NCBI RefSeq assembly: GCF_009914755.1 | Contig: NC_060930.1 | Origin: the human T2T-CHM13v2.0 reference genome, Homo sapiens | Reading direction: 5' to 3' (one strand) | Length of the DNA: 64,000 nt | Shown: in pieces, positions 33,116 through 44,074 of the stretch | How positions within the stretch are numbered: the stretch's first letter is position 1 | Layout: every line of letters begins with the position of its first letter | Position numbers and translations under genes: made by a program | The notes under the pieces: generated by a model | Databases searched by the model: none | What the model was told of the DNA's origin: nothing | The model's input: only the letters and a program-made list of their open reading frames with translations

Positions 33116-33560
33116 TGTAAACCCTGAATATCTGAGACAGGTCTCAGTTAATTTAGAAAGTTTATTTTGCCAAGGTTGAGGATGCATGCCCATGACACAG
33201 CCTCAGCAGGTCCTGATGACATGTGCCCAAGGTGGTTGGGACACAGCTTGGTTTTATACATTTTAGGGAGACATGAGACATCAATCAATATATGTAAGAT
33301 GTACCTTGGTTCCATCCAGGACAACTTGAAGCAGGGAGGGGGACTTCCAGGTCACAGGTAGATGAGAGACAAATGATTACATTCTTTTAAGTTTCTGATT
33401 AGCTTTTACAAAGGAGGCAATCAGATCTGCATCTATCTCTGTGAGCAAAGGGATAATTTTGACTAGAACGGAAGGCAGGTTTGCCCTAAGCAGTTCCCAG
33501 CTTGACTTTTCCCTTTAGCTTAGTGATTTGGGAGGCCCCAAGATTTATTTTCCTTTCATA
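33116..33560 (-). mobile_element. MER4A1-type solo LTR inserted in a MIR
   Basis: Reverse complement starts (TA)TGAAAGGAAAATAAATCTTGGGGCC; approximate 4-bp TSD ctta/ctca. Confidence 0.85.
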
Positions 33561-33924
33561 CTCACAACTAAAAAATGTAGGTATTACTCTTTCCACTTAA
33601 AGTTTAATTAATAATAATGGCCAACACTTACGGGGTGCACTTAACAGGTATTATCTCATTTTGTTACAGACTCTTTTCAGACTACTTTCCAGGAACTACA
33701 GAGTAGATGGATCCCTGCCTTCAACAAATGTTTATTGAGCACCCACTACACACCAGGCACAAAACAAATTCCTGACCTCATGGAGCTTATATTTTAGGGA
33801 GATAACAGGTTAAATATATAAAACTAATAGTGTGCTCTGAAGTAAAAAAGAAACAGGGTGAAGTGGATCAGAAGTGCCAGGGTAGGAAGAGCTATTTGAT
33901 ATGGAGTGATCAGAGACTGCTCTG

Positions 33925-33969
33925 ATTGGATTGGATTGGATTGGATTGGATTGGATTGGATTGGATTGG
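33925..33969. repeat. (ATTGG)9 pentanucleotide repeat
   Basis: Nine perfect units counted. Confidence 0.95.
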
Positions 33970-34219
33970 GAAAGGAGCAGAGAAGTAGAGTATGAGCCAG
34001 AGGCTATCAAAGGAGGACCTTGAAAAAAGGGTGTGCTTGGAGTACTGCAGCTGCAGCCTGAAGGATCAGGCGGCTGGCCCTGGAGGAAGGAACGCTGTAT
34101 AGCCAGATGGCCTTTCTAGTGATGCAATGAGAAACACTGCACAAAGACCTGGGTAGACATCAAGTTCTTCATATGTCATAGAAAAAAAAAATCAAGGAAA
34201 ACACTCAGTAACATATAAC

Positions 34220-34390
34220 GAGGTCAGCAAACTACAGTCCACAACCCACTATTTTGATATTGGCACACGGCATGACAATTCATTTACATATTGTTTGTGG
34301 CTGCTTTCAGTTTGTGACAGAAGCAACATGGCCCACAAAGCCTGAAATATTTACTATCTGGCTCTTTATAGGAAAAGTTTGGGGACCCCG
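34220..34390. mobile_element. MER58A-like MITE
   Basis: ggtcagcaaacta...aaatatttactatctggctcttta...aaagtttggggacccc. Confidence 0.75.
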
Positions 34391-34676
34391 GTAAATTCTG
34401 TTTCATACTATACTATCAGTATAGTACCTATAATATGCTCAGTATAGTGTATCTATAGTACATCAGTATTAAAACATGCGCAAAATGGAACTTTCTGTAA
34501 TTGAAAATAGGTAATTATAATACAGCTACCTGAGACTTGAGGGACTGCAAACAAAAACATCTTAGTGAAGGATATACATTAAAGTACTGGAAACTGATTC
34601 AATTCTTCCCATTTTTTAGTACACAATAAGCCAGATCTCAGAAAGCCACAGAAAGGCAAGTGGAAGTGTGGGAAGT

Positions 34677-34771
34677 TGTGTGTGTGTGTGTATGTGTGTG
34701 TGTGTGTGTGTGTGTGTATGCCACTCACGCACTCATGTGCATGCACATGAATACACACACACACACACACA
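34677..34771. repeat. (TG)n ... (CA)n compound microsatellite
   Basis: Directly visible. Confidence 0.9.
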
Positions 34772-35910
34772 GAGCCAGATCAGAAGATTGACAGATACAT
34801 GCTAGCCTTTTTCACAAGCTAACACACTGCCATTTAACCAGCGAGCATGGAGCACGTGTTTGTGTTCCCAGTCACTATTAAGAGACAAGGTTAACATTTT
34901 AAGTGATGGACTACAACATGTTATTTCCCCATGCAATGGACCCATGACGGCACTGCCTTCGAAAACACTTAATTTCGGTGATTGAATACACAGGAGCGTA
35001 CTTTCCCTGCTATGAACGTTTGACAGCTCCGCAGTTTCATACACCAGGAAACCTTTTTTTTCCTCCTTTGCTTTTTTCCTGTCTTTACACCTGAAGGGAA
35101 GCAAAATGGATATGTGGTGGCAGAGGAAAAAGGAAGAAGCCCAGAGAATGAAAACCAGCTTATGAGCTTCAGTGTATTTTAAAATAAAAGTATTCACTGC
35201 CATCTGCTCTAATTACTTCTAATGTTTGGGCTACCATCTTCATACAATAGAAATAATGATCTCCTCAAGGGCAAAAAAAAATTTTTTTACGGAAACAAAC
35301 AAAAGTTGATTACATTTAGCTCCCAGGCTAAAGAAGCATCAAGCTACTTTGTAGTGAACAATCAATTAGGAGAATGGGTAGGCCTCCGATTAACACTAAC
35401 AAATTAGGTCCTTTTGGTGGTTCCCTCCCTTTTCTTCTTTTCCTGCCTCTTTAGAGGAGCTGTGCTCACAGCTCACAGAGGGCAAAGAGCTGACTAGGCA
35501 TATTTCTGGATCTAGGGTTATTCCACACAAATTCCTTACATTTTGATCAGAACCAGATAAGGCCAAGTCTTCTCCCTGTCTTCTTGTTGACATCAGACAT
35601 GTCCCAGCTTTAATACTGAATATAGGGCTGGGTATTCTACCAAGACTTCGGATTACTTCATGGAGTGAACTGCTTAGGGGCCACCCCAGACTTGAACTCC
35701 TCTAAGGAAGCTAAAGCCCACTTAGCCTCAGTAAAGTCTCCAGGAACAGACATGATCCAGGCCAGGTCCATTCCTTAGACTTAAGTGAAACACATGGAGC
35801 CCAGAAAAACATGGAACAGACTTCTACAATGCCAGCAGGAGAAACGTTGCTTTCACAAAGGCTGAGTCTAGTGACCTTCTCAAATCCTCAAATTCAAACA
35901 TATTACTTGT

Positions 35911-38320
35911 ATGAAGCAGAATTCTGAGATGTCCTAGGATTCTGAACCCCTGGTGTACACACCCTGTGTAGTCCTCTCCCCTTCAGCAGAAGTAGAGCCT
36001 GTGAATATGATGGGCTATCACTCCCATGATTAGGTTATGTTATATGGTAATGATGATAGAATTATGCAGATATAATTAAAGTGAGAGATCAGCTGACTTT
36101 GAGTTATTCAAAAGGGAGATGGCCTCTACCTAATCAGGTGAGTCCTTAAGAGAGAGATTCTCCCACTGGCCTTGAAGGAGCAACCTGCCATGTGGCTTGG
36201 AGGAGACCATGTGGCTAGAACCCAAGAACAGCCTTTAATTGCTGAAAGTGGTCACAGCCAAAAGCCAGCAAGAAAATGAGGACCTAAATCCTATATTCAC
36301 AATGAATTGACTTTCACTGACAACCTGAATGAACTTGGAGGTAGACCTTGAATTCCAGATGAGAATGTAGCCATGCTGACACTTTGATTTCAGCCTTGAG
36401 AGACCTTGAGCAGAGAACCCATCTACTCTGTGCCCAGACTTTTTAAAAAATTTTTTTAATAGATTTAGAGGGTACAAGTGCAGTTTTGTTACATGGATAG
36501 ATTGCATAGTGGTAAAGTCCGAGCTTTTAGTGTAACCAGCATCTGAAGAGTGAACATTGTGCCCATTAAGTAATTTCTTGTCCCACCTTCTTTCCACCCT
36601 CCCACCCTTCTAAGCCTCCAGTGTCTATTATTCCACTATATCCATGTGTACACATTATTTAGCTCCCACTTATAAGTGAGAACATATGGAATTTGACTTT
36701 CTGAGTTACTTCACTTAAGATAATGGTTCCATACAGGTTACTGCAAAAGCCATGATTTCACTCTTTTTTATTGCTGAGTAGAATTCCAATGTATGTGTGT
36801 ATATATATGTGTACACACACACACACACATATATATATAAATACATACACACCATATTTTCTTTATCCAATCATTTGTCATTGGAAACTTAGGTTGATTC
36901 CATATCTTTGCTATTGTGAACAGGGTTGAGATAATCACCTGAATGAAGGTATCTTTTTGATATAATAATTTCTTTTCCTTTGGGTAGATACCCAGTAGTG
37001 GGATTGCTAGATCAAATGGTACTTCTATTTTTAGTTCTTTGAGAAATCACCATACTGTTTTCCATAATGGTTCTACTAATTTACATTCCCACCAACAGTG
37101 TATAAATGCTCCCCTTTCTCAGCATCCTCACCAATATCTGCTGTAGTTTGACTTTTTAATAAGAGCCATTCTGACTAATATAACTCGGTATCCCACTGTG
37201 GTTTTAATTTTCATTTCTCTGATGATTACTAATGTTGAGCATTTTTTCACATGCTTATCTGCCATTTCTGTGTCTTCCTCTAAAAATGTCTGTTTGTGTC
37301 CTTTGCCTACTTTTTAATAGGGTTGTTCTGGTGTTTTGTTTGTTTGTTTTTATTGAGTTGTTTGAGCTCCTTGCAGATACTGGATATTAGTCCTTTGTTG
37401 TATCTGTAGTTTGCAAATATTTTCTACTGTTCTGCAGGTTATCTGTTCATTATGTTGATTACTTATTTTGCTGTGCAGAAGGTTTTTAGTTTTACTAGGT
37501 CCCACTTGTTTATTTTTGGTTTTGTTGCATTTGTTTTTGAGGTCTTGGTCATAAATACTTTGCCTAGGCCAATATCCAAAAAAGTTTTTCCTAGGTTTTC
37601 TTCTAGGACTTTTATACTGTCGGGTGTTACATTTAAGTCTTCAATCCATCTTGAGTTAATTTTTGTATAAGGTTAAAGATAGAGGTCCAGTTTCATGTGC
37701 CTGCATATGGCAGTCCAATTTCCCCAGCACACTTATCGAGTAGGGTGACTTTTCCCCACTGTATGTTTTTGTTGGCTTTGTCAAAGATTAGTTGGTTGTA
37801 GACATGTGACTTTATTTCTGGGTTGTCCATTATATTCTATTGATCTATGTGTCTATTTTAATACCAGTACCATGCTGTTTTGGTGACCATAGCCTTGCAG
37901 TATAATTCGAAGTCAGGTATTATGATACCTCCAGCTTTGTTCTTTTTGCTTAGGATTGCTTTGGCTAGTTGGGCAGTTTTTTGGTCCCATATGAATTTTA
38001 GGATGGTTCTTCTAACTCTGCAAAAAATGATGTTGACATTTTGATAGTAATTCCATAGAATCTGTAGATTGCTTTCAATCCGTGAGCATGAGATGTTTTT
38101 TCCATTTGTTTGTGTCATCCACAATTTCTTTCATCAATGTTTTGTAGTTTTCCTTGCAGAGATCTTTCACCTCCTTGGTTAAATATATTCGTAAGTATTT
38201 TATTTGGTTTTGCATGTGCCCAGACTTCTGATCTACGGGACCATAGATAATAAATCGGCATTGTTTTAGGCCACTAAGATGGTGGTCATTTGTTATGCAG
38301 CAACAGAAAATTAATATGCC
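35911..38320 (+). mobile_element. MLT1E-like MaLR LTR split by an L1 insertion (35911-36441 and 38215-38320)
   Basis: gcctgtgaatatgatggg.tatcactcccatgattaggtta; 3' end tttgttatgcagcaacagaaaattaata. Confidence 0.75.
36442..38214 (-). mobile_element. 5'-truncated L1 (L1PB4/L1MA-like), about 1.8 kb
   Basis: ORF2 C-terminal remnant ([12 protein letters not shown]...KTAWYWY), 3' UTR, and 13-bp TSD tgtgcccagactt (36429-36441 and 38215-38227). Confidence 0.9.
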
Positions 38321-38713
38321 ACTATAAGGACCTTCTTGAGAGAACAGTTTTCACAGAGACCATGTTTAGATTTTTCCCTCTTTATTAAAGTTACTGCTCA
38401 AAAGCATAAATAACAGCAAGAAAGGTGGGATGCCAGTGCCAGGCAGAAGGACAGGTTATTCGCTCACTGCATAAACTCTCCTCACACAGGACATGCAACA
38501 TGGAATTTTTCAATTTATGATGCCAAAAAATGTAAAGTAAGACCTGATGCAGACCTTTCTTTTGCTCAGGAAGAATTATGACTACCAAAGATATACAGTA
38601 AATACCACAAGGACTTCTATGTAGTCACCAATACTTACTATCTAGGCTGAAGAAATGAAAACTTTCTGATCCTGAACATGGCCAGGATATGTGTGCTTAG
38701 GGGGATAACGAAG

Positions 38714-38747
38714 TTTTTTGTTTGTTTTTTGGGTTGGTTTTTTTTGC

Positions 38748-38779
<32 letters not shown>

Positions 38780-39063
38780 GAGACAGGGTTTTACTCTGCA
38801 CCCAGGCTGGAATGAAGTGGTGCAGTCTCAAATCACTGCAGACTCGACCTCCTGGGATCAAGCAATCCTCCCACCCCAGCCTCCTGAGTAGCTGGGACTA
38901 CAGGCATGCACCACCACACCCAGCTAATTTTTGTATATTTCTGTAGAGACAAGGTTTTGCCATGTTTCCCTGGCTGGTCCCAAGCTCCTGAGCTCAAGCA
39001 ATCCGTCCAGCTCGGCCTCCCAAAGTGCTGGGATTACAGGTGTGAGCCAACCACACCCAGGCC
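38714..39063 (-). mobile_element. AluJ with (TTTTG)n tail
   Basis: Diverged dimeric Alu with J-type motifs (gagctcaagcaatcc). Confidence 0.88.
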
Positions 39064-41585
39064 AACATGAAGAATTTTTAAAGGCCCGTATTCTGACTCT
39101 ATGTCTGAGAATGATATTTGACTATGATTGGTATTAAAAATTCTACTCTTCCACTAGCATTGCTTCCTGAGAAAAGAGGATTTTCTTTTTTTTATTTCTC
39201 ATTTTAAAAAAAGAAAGATAAGGCAACAAGTTTCAGGGAAAAACCAAGCTCAGGAACAAGAAAAACTCATTCTGTACCTATATCTTCACTAGCCTTGACT
39301 AAATAACTTTTTCCTAGTTCTTTAAGCTTCACGTTTGAGGTACTTTTTAGAGAGAAAAAGAAATTCATTTGTTTATCCTCAAAGCAGCATCATGTGTTCT
39401 TAAGCTTTCTGCATGTATTGCCTGGTATTTGATAATGTGCAAGGTTATTTGTGTTAATGCTAATACCACAAAATTATCAATTGTACCTGAAGAATGAGGA
39501 AACCCAGGAAGATGTTTCAGAGGTGGGGATGAAATCTCAATAACCTAGAATTTGAGAAACTTGCCTATGCAATCTGATGCAGATGCTTTCCTTGTACGTG
39601 CAGATTTTGTAGAATAAAACCATCACCCTCATCTTTGTGAACATTTACTGGGTGCTCACTCTGAGCCAGGAACTGTGGGACCTAGCCTTGTCTGCATGAA
39701 GGCATAATTGAATTTCTAAGCTCTTAGAGCCCAGTTTCAAATGCATTGTTCCCTTTAGCCCAAACACATCCGCCATACATTGTCCCTTTTCTGCCAAACC
39801 CTGTTTATTGGTTCCAAATGCAATGAATCATTTACTGACTTGAGCAACATTAGAGGTAAACACCAAGGTTAAAACGTAGAGATAATTGAATAACACACCA
39901 ACTACCAGTAACAGCAGTCCAGGCAAAAGAGGAAATAGATCCAGAGATTTCAGAAAGGGCAATCTGATAGGAACCCTCCATGTCAGGATCAAAACCGCAT
40001 GCCACTTTGACATGACAGAAAAAACATCTGCATTTTATTTTTTTCAAAATTGTATGTGCCAGTTATTAATATGGGAAGAAGCAGAAAGCAAGCAGGTGGT
40101 AACATAACTTAAATACCCCAGTGATTAAAAATAAACCATCCAAAAATCAACTATCATGTATTTAGTATACCAAAACAGTGGTGTAAAGCTGGGTTTTTTA
40201 AAAAATATATGTGTCTGATTTATTGCTTTCACTGTTGATGAAGAAGATTAATAAAATATATGCATTTCTTTTGCAGTACACTTTTCTCTGGAGAAAACTC
40301 CAGAAAGCAAACATTGTCCAAAGCCCTTCCAAAAAATCATAAAGCTCAATATAACTTCCATATAGCAAAATGCACTTTAATCATTTACTTTACAGTCACC
40401 TGGAATTCATTGTATGCAATTCACATAATGTCTAAACTTGGGCATATAACATATACACATACGTTTATACCAAATTTCCTTTTTACGTGTCCTCGAAGGC
40501 AGAAAACTCAGAATCTTTGGTGAATACTAAGCAATCCACAGGCACAGTTTTTTCCCAGGAAGTCCCTCATAGTTTGGAAATCCAAAATCCCCAAAGACCC
40601 TCACGAAACAAGACTTCAAGTGCAATAGTTAACTACCTTGGGATTCAAGGCTGAATTTACTCAATAAACCATACTAAAGGTTTATCAAAGACCACAACAC
40701 CTCTCAGAAACATGTGCAAAATACATTTTCCAGAATTCTCCCAACTTTGGGGAATTACACCCTTGCCAAAAATGAATTGTTCAACTTGCTGAGGATTAAT
40801 TATTTATGTGGCTCTGTTTTGCTTTAAGAAAATAGAGATTTCTTTTTTCCCCGTTTTCCCAACTAGAAGAAATATAGCTCCCAAGAAGCCTCTGTGTTAT
40901 AGTTCAGGGATAATGAAAGCTTAGCTATTGGTTCCAATATCTCATTTTATAAATGTGAAACTCAGTGACTGATACAAGATTACCCAATGAATTGAATAGG
41001 GGTAGGTCAGGACAAACACCAAATCAAAGTGATTTTTGGTCTTTTAAAATTTTCTTGATAGAGCAATCACTATTCATCCCAGTACGGGTGAATCACATCA
41101 CAGACCCCATGAAAAAGGGGGCAAGCAAGAAGCACAGTTTTCTATTATTCTACCATTTCCCACTCATTGATGACCTTCTGATAGCCCCCTCTCCAGAAGA
41201 AGTTTCCCTTACCTGGGATGTACCTAAAGTAGTGTTTGTTTGTTTGTTTGCTTGTTTTAGAAAATTGAGAAAGAAAGAAAAAAAAACATTTTTTAATCAA
41301 TCACCATGAACCAGAAAGAATTAACTTACCTTCTTACTCCCTTCTTATACTCAGCCTCTCTCAAGTCTTTAAGCTTCTCATCTGGGCAAACCAAAGCAAA
41401 CTTAAACCATGCTTAGTTTAAATAATTATTTTAAACCTTTTGAACAGTTTGAGAATATTTAATGACAATGTAATAGGCATAGACTGTTGAAAGCTTGTCC
41501 TGTTCCCTAAGCAACCAGGATGATAAGAAGACACCCAAAGTATGTTTAGAGGATAGGAGGTCAATGTAGAAAATAAATGAAGCTT

Positions 41586-41900
41586 AACCTGGATGGAGTT
41601 GGAGACCATTATTCTAAGTGAAGTAACTCAGGAATGAAAAACCAAACATTGTATGTTCTCACTCATATGTAGGAGCTAAGCTGTGAGGACTCAAAGGCAT
41701 AAGAACAACACAATGGACTTTGAGGACTTGGGGAAAAGGGTGGGAGGGAGTGAGGGATAAAAGACTATACACATTGGGTACCGTGCACACTGTTTGAGTG
41801 ATGGGTGCACCAAAATCTCAGAAATCACCACTAAATAATTTATTCATGTAACCAAACACCACCTGTTTCCCAAAAATCTATTGAAATAAAAAATAAAAAT
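41586..41900 (+). mobile_element. L1PB1-like 3' end (5'-truncated)
   Basis: ggagaccattattctaagtgaagtaactcagg...accaaaatctcagaaatcaccactaaa...aaaatctattgaaataaaaa. Confidence 0.88.
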
Positions 41901-42080
41901 AATAGAAAGAAAAGGAGATTAGGACACAGATACAGAAGAAAGACCATGTGAAGACACAAAGAGAGGCAGTCATCAGCAAGCCAAGGAGAGAGGTTCAGAA
42001 GAAATCAACCTTACTAACACCTTGATGTTAGATTTCTAGCCTCCAGAATTGTGAGAAAATAAATTTCTATTATTTAAACA
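41901..42080 (+). mobile_element. MLT1B-like LTR fragment ending just after its AATAAA
   Basis: gaccatgtgaagacac...caagccaaggagagagg...ctccagaattgtgagaaaataaatttct. Confidence 0.85.
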
Positions 42081-42239
42081 ACAGAAAACTAAATAAATAA
42101 AATTTAAAAATAAAACATAAAAAATAAAATTAATGAAGCTTCATTACATTTTGCATATTAAGCAAGAAAATTGAATTTTAAAGATAGAACTTAGGCTAAT
42201 TTATAATTCACATAAAAGACGTTTCTTTGTTTTTACTTA

Positions 42240-43690
42240 GGAGAAATATTAATGATATTGTATTTGACAATGATTTCTTGGATATGACACCAAAAGCAGT
42301 ACAAAAAATAAATAAATAAATTGGACTTCATCAAAATTAAACTCTTTTGTGTATCAAAGGAAATCATCAATAGAGGGAAAAAGCAACCCAGGGAATTGGA
42401 GAAAATATTTGCAAATTATACAACTGATAAGAGATTAATATCCAGAATATACAAAGAACTTCCATAGCTCAACAACAACCATAACAACAAAACCTGATTT
42501 TTAAAGTGGGCAAAGGACTTGAATGGACATTTTTCCAAAGAAGATACACGGATGGCCAATAAGCACATGAAGATGTTCAACATCACTAATTATGAGGAAA
42601 TGTACCTCAAAACCACAAGATAATACTTTACATCCATTAGGACAGCTATCAGCCATAAAAAAAAAAAAAAAAAACAAAAAGAAAAAGAAAGTGAAGTGCA
42701 GTGTTGCCTATAGTCCCAGCTACTCAGGAGGCTGGGGCAGGAGGATTGCTTGAATCTAGGAGTTCTGAGCTGTAGTACTGCACTATGCACTAAGCATGTC
42801 TGCACTAAGTTCAGCATCTATATGGGACCTCTCCAGAGCAGGAGACCACTCCATTGCCAAAGGAGGGATGAATCGACCCAGGTTGGAAAAAGAGCAGGTC
42901 ACAACTCCTGTGCTGATTACGAGAGTAGCTGGAGCCTGCCCATGAATAGCCACAGCACTCCAGCCGGGATAACATAGCGAGACCCTTTCTCTAATTGAAA
43001 AAAAAAAAAAAAAAAAAAAAAACAGAAAACAACTGTTGCCAAGACTGTTGAGAAATTAGAAATTAGAACTCTTGTGTATTGCTGGTAGAAATGTAAAATG
43101 GTGCAATCACAGGGGAAAACAGTAGGACAATTCCTCAAAAAATTACATAGATTATAATTCAGCAATTCTGAGTATATGCTCAAAAGAATTGAAAGCAGGG
43201 TCTCAAAGAGACATGTGCACAGCTATGTTCGTAGCAGCATTATTTACAATAGCCAAAAGGTGGAAGCAACTCATGTGCATTGACAGAGGAGTGGACACAC
43301 AAAATGTGATATATACATTCAATGAAATTTTATTCAGCCTTAAAAAGAAAGGAAATTCTGACAAATGACACAGCATGGATAAATCTTAAGGACAATATTA
43401 TGCTAAAAGAAATAAACCAAACACAAAAGAACAGATATTGTATAATTCCACTTGTATAAAGTGCCTATTAGTCAAATACACAGGAACAGAAATTAGAGTG
43501 GTAGTTGCCAGGTGCTGGGGGAAGGAGGACTAGGGAGTCATTGTTTAACAGATTCCAGTTTGGGAAGACGAAAACATCCTTGAGACGGATGCTCGTGACG
43601 GTTACGCAACAATCTAGATGTACTAAATGTACACTTAAAATTAGTTAAAATGGTAAATTTTATGTTGCGCATATTTTACCACAATTTTGA
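42240..43690 (+). mobile_element. L1MB-like 3' fragment, interrupted by the 7SL copy
   Basis: gatttcttggatatgacaccaaaagc; aatagccaaaaggtggaagcaac; 3' UTR tgtacacttaaaat...ggtaaattttatgtt. Confidence 0.85.
42691..42992 (+). pseudogene. 7SL (SRP RNA) processed pseudogene with poly-A tail
   Basis: Contains the S-domain that Alus lack (gcactaagttcagcatc.atatgg.acctc; cccaggttggaaa.agagcaggtca.aactcctgtgctgat), followed by A-tail 42998-43022. Confidence 0.93.
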
Positions 43691-43699
43691 AAACTGAAA

Positions 43700-44074
<375 letters not shown>

